A stretch of DNA of 64,000 nucleotides from Marsupella aquatica. Its lineage: Eukaryota; Plantae; Marchantiophyta. Below, piece after piece: positions 24,035 through 37,337 of the stretch. Below the pieces are notes generated by a model. It made no database searches and had not been told where the DNA came from. It was given only the letters and a program-made list of their open reading frames with translations. Position 1 is the first letter of the stretch, and each line of letters begins with the position of its first letter. The stretch spans positions 12,713,934-12,777,933 of the forward strand of contig OZ316899.1 of the NCBI GenBank assembly GCA_973895155.1, in the 5' to 3' direction. The position numbers and the translations under genes are program-made.

Positions 24035-27000
24035 TGTGATGCCTAGACAGGAATCACTCGGCCGGTTAAGTGGGTAAAGCAGGAAGGAACCCTAGGAACA
24101 CCTTAGTATAGTGACAAAACAAGGAAAATATAAACAATTAGGGGCAACCATGGAACCCGGGCCGAGGCCGGAGGTAAGGCTAAGGGTGAAAACCCGATTA
24201 GGGTTAGGGCGCGTTAAGCGTCGGCGGCTAGGAAGGATCAACGGGAAGAAGGACCGGCAAAGGAGAGGGGTAAGGAGCGCTTGCAGGAAATAGTGGCTCA
24301 TTTGCGAGCACGAACTAGGCAGACGACTATGGGAGGCCAACTACTGTCAGCTGCTTAGGCAAGCACTCGGGGAGAGAGTAGATACCGACGATCAACCTAA
24401 GGAGGGTATGAGCAATGTCAATCAAGCGGCACATTTCTGGGGATGCCTGTTCGAACGGGCAACTGAGTACATCAAGACTTACGAGGACGAGGAATCAGAA
24501 AGGGCAGCTAGAGAACGGCAGGAGCTCGCTCGATTGTGGGAGCTGCAGAAGACGGCTTTCTTAGGAGGCGAACTCATCAAGGACGAGTTCCTGTGGACGC
24601 CTACTTCCAATCAACTCGACGATCTTCTGTTTTGCAAAGACAGCGTCGTCGGCATCCGAGAGGCCATCAAGAACTGCAACGACATACACTGGGAATTAAA
24701 GGGTAGCACGGAAAGGTGGACCCAGGCAACGGTGCTAGGAGAAACCTCCACGGCAGCAGAGATGAAGAGGAAGGGAGCCGTCAACGATGAAGCCACCCCG
24801 GCAAAAAGAACGAGATCAGCGGCACCAAAGAAGCCAGCCGAGCAGCAGAGCAGGAGGCAGGGAGAAGCCGAAGAAGAGGAGGTCGATCCCATCAAGGCCA
24901 TTCCAACCAGGGATGACACCTGGAAGGGCTGGGCGGCAACCCTACCGGTGGAGGTGCAACTACATTTTGCACGGGAGGAGGATGCATGCTTTACGGCCAT
25001 GCAGACCAAGAAGTACCAAGGCTTCATGGCCGGATCCGGCTTGGAGGCCTTTGTAAGATTACCATGGCTGAAGCCGGAGGTACCGGAGTCAGACCTATTA
25101 GAATTCGTGGGGTCATGGGAACCCGAGACCAATTGCACGAGGATATATGGGAAGGATTTCTATCTTACTCCCAAGGTAATTGCCGAAGTGTTTGGCCTGC
25201 CGATAGGCAATAAGACCAAAGTTGATACCAGGAAGACCTTGCCTGACAAGGAGTTCCGGTCGTTCCCCGGGCCATCAACGAAGAATGGCTTCTTCCGGAA
25301 CACCTGCACCAACCCGCACATAGGAGAGATGATCGACTTCTTGCGGGTGACCATGCATTGTAACTTGCCGAGGGCAGAGATCGGCAAGGCACAGGTCTAT
25401 CTGGCAGAAAGGCCAGACCCAAGCCGGGACTACAACGGGTACCTCCTCAACCAATTGAAGAAGATCTTAAAGGAGGAGCAGCAGGTAATCGGCATGGGGA
25501 GCGTGTCGCGGCTTGGCTATCACATGCCGCTGTTGTGCCGGTATGCCAGAGGTCAGACTTTTGCCCCGGTACTTCCCCTGCAGGTAAGGGCACCCGAGGA
25601 AGCTCCAACGCCGAGGCCGTTGGCTGAGAAGCCTCAACCACCTGTTAGTCCTACGATCGAGCAGGTGTTTAGGCCCAGGAAGGAGGACTTGCCGATGCAG
25701 CAACCAGGCATGCAGAGTCTGCTGAAACTACTGGAGAAAGAAAAGAAATCGGCATCGACAACAACAACGGCAACGGCAACAATGCAGGACACTACTACAG
25801 AGGTAGGCCTACACCGGCTCACAAGAGAAAACCCCTTTGCTGGAGACAAGGAGAGAATCAGGCCGAAATCCAAGCCAGGTGTTCGAATGTACGTGGGAAC
25901 CTCAAGCTCCGAATCTGAGGCAGAATTGCCTGAAGCTCCTACCGACGAAGAGGAGAGGGAGAAGCCGGACGTCCAAGAGGTAGAGGAGGCAGTGGAGGAC
26001 TGCAGCCATGATAATTCCGGCTATGGGTCGGACCATCACGTTCCAGGAGTAAGGACCTGTGGCCGGTTTGTCCCCACACTTCCAAGGGTAGTGCGAGGGG
26101 ACCCCAACCAGCAGAGTAGCCCCGAGTCTCCCCCACCAGACGTTGCCCCCCCGAGCTTCGACGGCATAAAACAGACGGTGCAGGAATTTCAGGAGCGAAT
26201 CAAGCAGAAGAGGAGGCCGCCCTGGCTAAGGAAAAGGATTTACCAGGAGGAGATTGGCCGGAGGACATCAGGCGGCTAGCCGAAAAAGGAAGCAAACCTC
26301 TAGCCACGATTGAAGAGATCCGCAGGACGGCTTGGGAGCAGAGGCCACGATGGGCGATGCCGATCACTTCTACTTACTCCACCTACGCTAAGAATAGAGC
26401 CATGGAGTATGGTGAGATGTGTGGGGAACTTGCGCTCGGCATCTTTGGAGAGGAGTTGGAGGTAGGACCCTTTTTCCATAGGGAGCAGTTGGAGAAGCAC
26501 CAATTAGAAGAAGCGGTGGCTTTAGAGAGAAGCAAGAAGGACGAGGTCATTCGGCGGCTTAGGAGGATGGAAGCCGAGATTGAAGATCTAAGGGCGGCCA
26601 AGAAAGCCCAAGATGAACTGCGGATTAAACGACATGAGCTGAACATCATGCAGGGGCAGTTGGACACCGCGCAGGCTGATAATCAGAATATCAAGGATAA
26701 ACTGACTCAGACGCAGGAAGAGTTGGCCGACACGATCAAAGAGAGGGAGAAGTGGAAGCAAGAGCTGAAGAATACAGAGGAGGCCCACATAACAGCCAAC
26801 AGCCGGGCCATGGCGGAGACCCAAAGAAAGGAATGGGCGTTGAAAGGGGAGCTCGAGAAAATCCGCGGAGCCCTTGAGCAGAAGGAGGCCGAGTTAGGGA
26901 AATCCTATCAAGGGATTATGGCGCTGCAGCAGGAGCTTGCGTCCCTGACGGCCAGCTTCAAGGCCGACCTAAGGGAGAAGGACGAGATGCTCAAACAGAC

Positions 27001-28693
27001 TTACGCCAAGATGAATCAGATGGAGTCTGTCATCATTGCAGAGCTCGACAAGGAGCTAAGAGCAACCCAGGAGGAGAGGGCTACCTTGAAGAAGGAATTG
27101 GAGGAAGCCCACAGGGAGCAGGAGGAGGCCAAAAACGAGCTGGAGGGAGCACGTAAGGACCTGGATGAAACCCAAGAGGAGTTGGAGGAAATCACGAGGA
27201 AGATGGAGAACCTACAGCGGCGGGCCGACAACCAAACTGAGCGGCTGAAGAAACAAGCCGCAGTATTTAAATGCTTAGCTGCAGCAGGTCCATCTCCCGT
27301 TGGGACAAACCAGTTACCAGGGGTGGTAATTGCCGAAGGACAGGCCGCGCCACCTGCACCAGTGCCGGAAGTAAGTGGGAAGGGGAAGGGACCAGATGCC
27401 GAGCCACCAACAAAGAAGAAGCGGAAACCTTCAAGGTCAAGGAGTAATACGACTTCACAGGCCGTGGTGATCAAGGAGGTAGACCCAGCACCGACCCCAG
27501 ACAGGGTCACGGCTAAGGATCCAACTACCCTAGGGGAAGGGGAGGCCGAAGCCGAGGGAGTGGCTGAAGCCGAAGCCGTGGGAGTGGCTGAGGCCGAAGC
27601 CGTGGGTATTGCCGAGGCCGGTGTCGAGGCTGAAGCCGAAGGTGGACCCAGTCAGGCCGAGGGAGAGTTGACTCGGTCAAGGGCAGGTAATCTGTCAGTA
27701 GGCGGGCCAACGGCAGTGGCTGAGGGGGAAGTGTTGGGGGCGTCCATTGAGGATCCACCACCGGTGTCGTGACGGTGCAAGGGCGCCGTTCCTTTTAGGG
27801 AGGGCGGACGTGGAGGGAGGAGGCGTGAGTGGGCAGGGCGGGCGCGGATCTCCACGTTTAGGATTAGGATTAGAACCAGGAGCGGCCCTGACACTTAGCT
27901 TAGTGGGATTGCGGTTCCACTGGTAGGAGCAACACTTGTGCTCCTGCCTTGCTGTACATAGGTAGATTCGGGCAAGTAGATTACTGTCAGGTAGATTAGG
28001 CTTACGATGCAAAGAATGGCGGATCCACTACCAGGATAAGTACCTGGGCAGCGGGGAGCTCAGGGCCTCTTCTTTAGCAAGTTTTTAGTTTGCACCAGCC
28101 GGGCTGGGATCAAGTAGTACGAGAAGCTCTCGGTTAGTCATACAGTGACCCTTGTGTATATTCATGTTTCCTCATGCCTAAGAGCTGAATAGAGTTGGCC
28201 TCACGGCTTAGTTCGCAGAACTGGTGTATGAGATGTACTGTTTGTATGGCAAGTGCATGGTATGACTCAGTCAGAATGAGTCATTTTGCTATTTGTGTGT
28301 CGCATTAACTTGTGTGAAGAGTGCCCACATCAACAGAAGGAAGGAAAGTAAGCAGGGGAGTGAGAGTTGGATGTGTCGAGCTGAGAGAGGTCTTAGCGGC
28401 TTAACCAAGCCTATTGGGGATCATTCCGGCGGCGGAATCCAAACATACCTAACAAGACGGAGGGGAAGACAGGGGAAGACAGGGGAAGACCTATATTAGG
28501 CCGGCTACGTATCTCATGACCCGATGAAGGATCTGTCCAGTATATGTGTGTAAAATGTTAATAGTAGTAGTAGAAGGTTAGCAGCGTCCCATGCCGCTAA
28601 GCCGCGGAAACGGCCTCGCCAAGCACGAAACCTGCGGGAATCGGCTTGAGCTGGGGGGTTTCTTGGGTTTAGGGAGCCATGGGACGCACCACA
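24035..28693 (+). mobile_element. Giant LTR family A, copy A3 (4659 bp) nested in A2
   Basis: Perfect 5-bp TSD TCCAT (24030-24034 / 28694-28698). Removing it restores GGGGCGTCCATTGAGGA of the A ORF end. Confidence 0.95.
24408..27772 (+). pseudogene. Family A accessory ORF, one frameshift near 26205
   Basis: The 623-aa and 471-aa ORFs join into a homologue of the A1 protein. The break is a single 1-bp deletion, which could be a sequencing error. Confidence 0.85.
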
Positions 28694-28862
28694 TCCATTG
28701 AGGATCAACCACCGCTACCATGATGGTGGTGGAGGGCCGCTCCTTTTAAGGAGGGCGGACGTGGAGGGAGGAGGCGTGAGTGGGCAGGGCGGGCTCAAAT
28801 CTCCAAGTTTAGACTTAGGATCAGGACCAAGAGGCGGCCCTGACACTTAGATTAGTGGGATT

Positions 28863-29056
28863 GCGGATCCACTGGTAAGAGCAACACTTGTGCTCCTACC
28901 TCACTATACATAGGTAGATTACAGTTAGGATAGATTAGGCTTACGCTGCAAGGAATTAGGCGGATCCACTGGTAAGAGCAACACTTGTGCTCCTGCCTCG
29001 CTATACATAGGTAGATTACAGTTAGGATAGATTAGGCTTACGCTGCAAGGAATTAG
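28863..29056. repeat. ~97-bp tandem duplication within A2
   Basis: GCGGATCCACTGGTAAGAGCAACACTTG...GCAAGGAATTAG occurs twice, bounded by GCGGATCCAC microhomology. Confidence 0.85.
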
Positions 29057-30899
29057 GCGGATCCACTACCAGGATAAGTACCTGGGCAGCGGGGAGTTGA
29101 TGGCCTTCTTCCTTAGCAAGTTTTTAGTGCACCAGCAGGGCTGGGATCAAGTAGTAAAAGAAGCTCTCGGTTAGTTATACTGTGACACCTGTGTATATTC
29201 ATGTTTCCTCATGCCTAAGAGATGAATAGAGTTGGCCTCACGGCTTAGTTTGCAGATCTTGTATATGAGAAGTACTATTTGTATGGCAAATGCATGGTAT
29301 AACTCAGTCAAAAGGAGTCATTTTGCTATTTGTGTGTCGCATTAACTTGTTTGAAGATTGCCCACATCAACCAAGAGAAGGGAGTAAGCAAGGTAGTAAG
29401 AGTTGGATGTGTTGAGCTGAGAGAGGTCTTAGCGGCTTACCCAAGCCAGTTGGGGATCATTCCGACGACGGAATCCAAACATACCTAAAGGAAGACCACG
29501 GGAGGAAGAGAAGGGAAGGCATAGAATAGGCCGGCTACGTATCTCAGGACCCGATGAAGAATCTGTCCAATATATGTGTGTAAAATGTTAGTAGTAGAAG
29601 GCTTAGCAGCGTCCCATGCCGCTAAGCCGCGGAACCGGCCTTGCCGAGAATGAACCTACGGGAATTGAATTGTTCTACAGGGGGTTTTCTTGGGTTTAGG
29701 GAGCCATGGGATGCACCACAATGAGGATGGGGGTTATAAAGATGAATACATTGCAGAGCAGCCCCAAAAGAAATAGGTAAGTAGTTTTCCCAACAACGTA
29801 CTAAGTTAAACTCTCTTGTTTAGAGGTTTGATATTCTCACTACACATGTACTTTGCTTAGTTTGTGACATTGTAGTTGGTGATGTGATGTAGCGTCCTGT
29901 CAGTTCTGTTTTGCCTGCAAAGCCTATGCATGCACCATACCATCAAGGGGGGCTGACCTCTGATCAAGGTTGGCAAGGTGGTAGTAGTGGTAGATCCCAG
30001 GGTAGTGCCCAATACTATGGCAGGGGGCAAAGTCAAGGTTATGCCCGTGGTAGAGGCAGAGCAGGTCCAAACCCACAATCTCGTGGGTATGGACGTCCAC
30101 CTCAACCATGGGGATGTGAGTACATATCTATATGCCAGTTATTTGTTAAGGCATGGCACTTATGAATTTCAGATTGCATATCAATTCTTGACATTGTTGG
30201 GATGTATTGGATTCATACAACATGAAATTCTGTCCAACTGCCATTGCATGCAGATTCTGCCCAACAACATTGATTGGGCAAATGCTGGTAATGATTAGTT
30301 TCAATGTCCACAAGGACAGACTTGGGTTGAACCAGGTTGGGAGGATGGTGGTGGGTCCTGGAATGAACAAGGTTGGGAAGGTGGTGAAGGTAATTGGCAG
30401 GGATGTCAAAATACAGTACCTACGAATGCTGGAAGAGGGGCAGGTAATGTCCCTAGTAGTTGCAATGGAAGAACTCATTATATCTGTAGTCCATTCATGT
30501 GGGGGGGATTCGGAACATGTACAATGATAGAAAAGGTTGGACAGTCAAACCATCGACTCAAGTATTCACTAATGCCCCTATGCAGATGTAGCACGGAAGG
30601 GGGCCAGGTATGTCAGTGAATGTTCACTTGTTTTCCTACAGTTTGTACTTAGTTTTCAGTACATATGTTTGCACATGCATACCTAGAAAGTGACAACATC
30701 CGGCCCCTATACTAGGCTGTACAGGTGGTCCAGGGTCGCAACAATTCTAGAGCGCAGTCCCTGCACAGATGTCTACACGCAGAGCTACAGGTATATATGT
30801 TTGAATAATTTTTGTTGAAGTGAAGCATTGAATGCTGCCAACATTTATTCTGGTGTATGTAGTTCTCAAGCATGAATGGCATTGTATTGTCCCAAGTGA

Positions 30900-33800
30900 C
30901 TTCAGAACCCCAGGTAGGGTGAATCAAGGGGTGGCCAATACAACGCCCAGTACTACCGAGAGCAGTGCACGAGGGGAGGTGACAAAGAAAGGGAATGTAA
31001 AGTTGAATGAGAGACAATGGGTGGATGCTGAGTGTCCTCGTAAGAACCGTTGGCATGCTGATTTGAAAGCTGAAGTATTGCGTTGGTTAGATGTGAGTGT
31101 TATTAATTTTAAAAAACAACATCCAAAAGATTGGAAGATTGTATGTGAAAATGTTGCTGCCAAATGGAATTATGTGGGCAGTGATGATGGCATGGACATA
31201 GGTTGCCTAGAAAGTATAACAGGTAAAATCATCAAGCAAGAGAGATGGAGAATGCATAAGGCTTGGAAAGAAGGTGGGGAGAAGCCACATATGCCTCCAC
31301 CAGCAAGTTGCGATGATAAAGTATGGGCAAGGTTAGTAGCTTATTTTGTGATAGATGCTGCAAACACAACTACATTTTTAAGCTTTTAACATCGTCTCCA
31401 ATGTCATTTCATACGTGTTGGAAATGTATGTATGAAATGACGTATACACACCGACGCAAATCAGGGTACATTATTTACGGCTCCCAATACGACGTTCCTG
31501 TACGTTGTAACATGCAAGGATAGTTTCCAAGCACAAGAGGACGTAAAATGACGTAGCGTCGGTCTTGAAGCATATATTTGTGAATGACAGGGGACGCAAT
31601 AGGTGTTGTTAGATGTACTTATTTTGGTAACAAACGTCGTGGCATGAGTCTTTAAATATGATGTAACGTTGTGGTGGTTAAGGTAAAGAACCAATCATTG
31701 GAAGACGTTAGTTCAAGAAACGTCCTTTGGTACGTGGAATTGTGTTGTACGGTGGACGACGTTATTGTGTTTACGTCCTCTAGTATGAGGGTAAGTTTTG
31801 GTCGAGGCATGACATCTGAGTGTGATTATATTTGTTTGTTTGTTGCCAATTGGTGGTTGGGTTTACTATCTCATCAGACATGTATGTATTGTGGGGTGTC
31901 AGGAATATAACATAGTGTAGACACCCACAAAATGAATCGTGATTAAGATGACAAAAAATTATTTACAATTGTGGCCTATGGAGCACTATCCGAACTAGCA
32001 CTATTCTAACATAGCACTATCCTACCAAGCACTCCAATGACAATGCCCCGCATCCCTACTAGATCGTGATGACCTACGCCAAACTAGGTGGTCGTTGTCT
32101 TCCTCGGTGGCATCTGGCTTGGATGCACGGTGTTGCGTCCTCCTCCTACCCTCATGCGAGTATGCACTATCTCTCTCACCCTGGGTAGCCCCTCCTCCTG
32201 ACTGCCGCTGCCGGTCTCCCCTCCTATCTCTAGATCCTCCGGGAAATAGGTCACATGCGGCATGAGTACCCTCAAGACTCATGTCTACTACACCATCGGC
32301 ACTCGCTTGTGCCTGCCAAAATGCCTCCCTAGTGGGACACTCCTCATCGGCTAAGCCCGTGTCATCATTCTCATCAATCTCAGATATAGGATGACAAATG
32401 CAACCTATCGAAGCACTCCAGTCAACCTACAACACAAGTTCACACATGAATTAGTGACCTGCATGCAACCATGAGGCTATGGATGTCTTAAGCAACAAGG
32501 TATGAGGTTCTATCCTTCATGCTTGCCTATCGTGTCTAATTGTAGCCATAATGCGCGAGGCCCATATCTCTTTGAAAACACTCTCTCTTGCTCTGTGGGC
32601 TCGGCATCACGACCATACTTCAATTTCTGCACATTATCAAAAATGTCATTCTGTATGACATTTAGAAGTTACTTTACGTGGTCAAAATGGACGTTCATTA
32701 CGTTGCCTAACACATTACGTCTCCTAAGACGATGTTTCCCTGCCCTATACAATTTTTAAATGGCATTAACATCATGAACGCAACGTTAACCTCAACAAAC
32801 GTTGTTCTGAACGATGTGAAATGGAAAACCCTAATATTATGACGTCTAGAGAGACGTAAACATGCGGCGTCTACGACGTTAAGGCTAAAAACCGACGTTA
32901 AATTGGGAAAAAACTGAGGTAGGCACACTTACATATTTGGCAAGAAACCCCCTCCACCCGCCTTGTCCCCAGTAGTTGGTGACCACTTTCCTGGGTTGGG
33001 ACATTTGCTTTTGAGTGGCAGCATCCCCCATTTGTGCATGTTGTCCCGTTGGTGAGCTCCTTCACTATGATCTGAAAGTCAGCCTCGGCCATCCCTTCAG
33101 GTCGGTTGTACTGTTTTGTGGTCCGGTCTTGGAGGTCCCGTACCTTCTCTTTCCACCTGAAGTGACGATCGGCCAGGTGGGAGATGATCTTCGACTTGAG
33201 GTGCAAGTAGTTTATCTCTCGGCCATTCTTGAATCCGGCCTGCACATCATTGATAATGAGCTGCAACCTCTAACTGTCCTTTTGCAAGTCCTTCCAAATG
33301 GTCCAGTTGGGATAGTGCCGACCAAGGACCAACTTCACGTGGTTTGTCAAGCCTTTCTCATCAAAGACCTCTGGAACCGCATCAAACACTGACAACTTGA
33401 TTGTTGGTAGTGGAGGATGTGATGCGCGCTCCTTTTGACCCCTGCCGTGACGTTCTCGTGGTGAGTGTCGTCTGCTCCTCCTCTCACTCTCAGTGGTGTG
33501 ATCTCGCCTTATTTCTTGTCTTCTCTCACTCCTTCCATCGCTCCTTCTATCACTTCTATGTCTTTCCTTCCCCTTCCTTCTTCTTCGCTCATCTCTCTCT
33601 GAAGACAAAGTAATCAAAGGAGTTCATTCTCGTTGTCATCCTCTTGATCTGTCCACTACATGAACCTGACTTTGGACTGACATGGGCTGTAGGGGGACCT
33701 GGGTGTCAAAAACTTGAGTGTTCCACCTTGGGCATTCTTGCACCACGTGTCTAGACTGATAACACTTGGAGCACCAAGCATGCGTAAGGCAATCTTGCAA

Positions 33801-35299
33801 TGGCCAAGGAACCTTACTTTAGCCCACCCACAAAGACGTTAAGTTGCCTTGTTTAGGAGGACATTAATCTTCATTATGTCGTCACACAAGACGTAACATT
33901 ACCAAGTCATGTACGACATAAAATGTACATTTTTGACAGAAGACGTAAATGTATTTGCCGGCGTGCTAGGGACATTTACGCTACACGGTGACGTTTTGGA
34001 AGACGTTAACTTGGAAAATGACGTTCGCATATATAGTTGTGGAAAAAGAAGGAGTTCACAGATGACCAAGGCCAGGTTGATGTGTTCAGAACCCTAATCT
34101 TACAGGAAGGACCGGCACTGCACCGATAGCAAAATGCTTGGTAAGAATCAATGGCTAATTATGTAATTTATGCTACACTATTACGTGTTCACTTTGTTTT
34201 TGAGTGTACATTCCCTAAATAATAATGATAACTTGTGTTTGCCATGCATGTGCAGAAAGCCCAATTGGGGCAAAGCCCTTCAAAAGAAGAGTTGAGGACT
34301 GAAATTGTGAACAACAGGGCTGTGAGGCATCTGAATCCTCCAAGCACATAAGTTATATGAGTTCTGATTGGTAATTGAATGACCTGCGTTGAATTTGAGG
34401 TGTACACATATCATTGATTGTGCATATATTGCCCAACATTTCATATGGAGTGATTGACTATTGCCCTATGTCATGTATGGAGGTGGATCTTGTTGCGATA
34501 AATCCAACCAAAGAGTTAGTTGGCATGACACTCCCAGGTGAGGAACCTGCTATTGTGACAGTCCCAATAGAGGAACCTATTGAGCTTAGCTTCACAATTG
34601 TGAAGAGAGGAAGCATGCGCACACAAAGCAAGTCTACTGGGAGTAGAGCCATGTCTCAAGGGTTTCACTATATGGGGACCTCCCCATCGCCTGCGACGTT
34701 TTTAGGCCTCGGACCCCCTAAAATGTAAGATTTTATTTTTATTTTTTAACCCCTATCAAGTTGGAATATTCTTGGAATATTCTAAAAATTGGATTAAAAA
34801 GACCCTAATGTTCTTCTAAGTCTCAAAATTGAATTTAAAAGACTCTATTGTTCTTCTACAAAAATTCTTAAGTCTTCCCTTAGAACCAATAAAATGACCC
34901 TATCCTTCGTCGCACGTGATATGCCATTTTTGTGGAAGTGAAACCCCCGAGAGCCACGTCAAAGGTTTCATACAAACCTCCAAGATCGGTGTTGGCAAAA
35001 ACATCTAAGGTGGAGGTAAGGAAGGCACCTAATGCAGAGGGACAAAGTGGCTTGTTAGCTGTTGATGAAGTGGTAGAGTGCAAGTTGATTCTACAACGTT
35101 CCATGGCAAGAGGATCCCACCGGGTTATTCAGTAGTGTTAATCACGTTACTAGTGAAACCTAAAGCTGTCCGTCCCATTCCAAATACAAATGATGATCCT
35201 CCTCAAAAGACACTTGGAGATGCAGCAGGTTCTTTGGTATTATGGCCAAGCAAGTACATAGAGGATCCATTACAATGTACTGTGCGTCATGCTTTGTAG
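30900..35299 (+). pseudogene. CACTA ORF2 (TnpA/Ptta-like) exon remnants, interrupted by 31365-34041
   Basis: ERWRMHKAWK...PPPASCDDKVWARLVAYF...|KRRSSQMTKAR (Transposase_24-like) and HGKRIPPGYSVV...PIPNTNDDPPQKTLGDAAGSLVLWP (Tnp1/En-Spm C-terminal-like). Confidence 0.65.
31365..34041 (-). mobile_element. Nested non-autonomous CACTA-like (CAC-ended) element
   Basis: Inverted termini CACAACTA (31365) and TAGTTGTG (34034-34041). Dense GACGT/ACGTC motifs near both ends. Minus-strand Arg/Ser-rich TnpA-like remnant at 32930-33620. TSD is imperfect (AAA / GAA). Confidence 0.6.
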
Positions 35300-36040
35300 A
35301 TTTTAGAATTCAAGAAGCAATTCCCAATCATGTTTGATAATTGATAGTATCATGCATTTGCTTTCAATTATTTCAAACAATTATCAGTTTACAAGTTCCT
35401 ATTTTCTATGAATTACATTGATGACAATGTAAACAGTTCCATTGTAATTGAATTGATGCTCATCTTTCAGCAATATTGTCATTATGTTCAATTCTTATGA
35501 ATGAGTACATATTATGTTTGATCTGCTTATATCATGCTTTGTTTCATGTGGAGTGCTCATGAATTGACTATCTCTCCTCATGAACTGTTACACAATTGCT
35601 ATAATTCATTATAGGATTAGTCATAGTTACAACTTCCCTAAATTCCATCTCAACCTTATTAGTTATAAAAATGACTATGTAGAGACCCAAATGGTTGTGT
35701 TGTGTGACCCGGACCAGGGTCTCCCTTGGTCTATTATGTGACACTAAAATGTCACAAGCTAGTCGCTGTTAAGGACAAGTAAGTAACGGACATGACTTAC
35801 CCTGTGACTAATTAAAGGCACATTACAGGCACTTATCAACAAGGCTGGACTCCATGATAGAGTCACAAATGGGTATCAAGCAAGTCGCAATTCCATGTAT
35901 CAATAGTGACTACTATTTTTGGGTCTCAACTTTTGCAACTCCAAGGGTCACAGTCTGGGTCACGTTGAGTCACAATGAAGTCACATGAGTCAAAATGAGT
36001 CACATATTGCGGTCTCAGATGAGTTTGGATTCTTCTAGTG

Positions 36041-37337
36041 ACTTAGCACGGGGAGACTTGTGGGCAATGAGACGTGGCACTAGCGAAGGCAACGAGCCAA
36101 GCTGGTGACACACACTAAGGACTTAGGCTAGCTGAGAGCTGATCGGGTCAAGGGGAAAGGGTCCAGGCTCAAGGTCGGCTGTTCGGACCCCCGGACGGAC
36201 TTTGAGTTTTGAGGGCTTGAGTGTGAGCTCCTCTTGGGCCCAAGGCCAATGGAGTTGATGCCATGGGCAACGGACTCTTGGGGCATGAGTTATGGCCCGA
36301 TCTAGGTTTGGCTGATCCGGGACCCCGAGCAGAAATGAGACCTGAGAGTCTAGGCATGAGCACTGGGTTGGCCCGATCACAACGGGCTAAGGCACTCCAC
36401 TTGCGGACGCGTAACAAGAAAGTTATGGGCGTTGCCAGTTAATGGCGCGCCCAGTATGCGCGATAGGATCCGGATTGGAGGCCAAAAGTTTAGGGACCAA
36501 AGTTCATCCAGGGATGGCAGGTCTCTAGAAGCATATATGAGGTGATTGGTGTCTCCCTGGGGGCCAAGGGCGAGCCGAAGTCGTGAGTCGCGACGGTTGC
36601 GACACTAAGGAAAAGTGCCAAACAGAAATGACGATATCTTCCCAATGGGAAGTCCACTAGAGGACTTCTTGGGTGCGTTGGAAAAATCTCGAGGAGGGCT
36701 ACGTCCTCTTGAGCTCAGCTGGGTCTAGGGCTCCATGGGTTCTTGAGGTTTGCGGGCATTAGCTTGCCCGCTTGCCAAATCCTGTCGAACAGCAGCTGAG
36801 CCGCGTTCAGTCTCTCAAGGGAGCTTACGTTGGGGAGGAAAGGCCAAGTAGGCATGGAGGTAGAGTTCCAAAGGTGCTTGGCCCCTAGACCATCAGTGGG
36901 GCAAGAAATAGGAGTTGGTTGCTAGAGTCGGGGCCATTATGGTCCCGGCATGTTGGGACAAGCTTGGGACAAGCTTTAGGACAAGCTATGCTATTTGGGC
37001 CATGAGCATGTCTTGGGGTCAGGGCGGTCAGTTGGTGATGGATAGGAACAAGGGGGAACCCGGGTCGCGCCCAAGGAAGGGGCTGTTCTCGACAAACAGT
37101 GGGTGTGGATTCTGGTTCCAGCTTATGGGATCAGGAGGACGTATCGCTGACCTATTTATCAACGTCTGTTGAGCTTGAGTGAGGATGCTAGACTTGGGCG
37201 AGTTCTAGATCCTGAAGGATTACTTACCAAGGTACTTGGTTGCTTGTGTAGACAATGAGGACCATTGAGTAGCGGTTGTGTTGGAGAGCAAGTGCGGCTT
37301 TGTATGGGAGTGCCACTGGCGGTGCAAGGGGCACTAG
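36041..37337. mobile_element. Probable fragment of another gypsy-type LTR
   Basis: Non-coding and GC-rich, with LTR-typical strings AAAGTTATG and GCGTTGGAAAA and a minus-strand TATA-like CCTATTTAT. No termini identified. Confidence 0.35.

Larger units (their letters stand above)
20435..29720 (+). mobile_element. Giant LTR family A, copy A2 (older, decayed), split by A3
   Basis: TGTGATGCC...GCACCACA ends with perfect 5-bp TSD ATGAG (20430-20434 / 29721-29725). The ORF has many stops and a ~200-bp deletion near 21180. Confidence 0.92.
19299..36040 (+). mobile_element. CACTA/En-Spm element, left part lost; hosts A2, A3 and a nested element
   Basis: Right TIR ...TTCTTCTAGTG (reverse complement CACTAGAAGAA) at 36030-36040. 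GTCACA/TGTGAC subterminal repeats at 35700-36005. Transposase C-terminal and ORF2 fragments are present. Confidence 0.8.
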
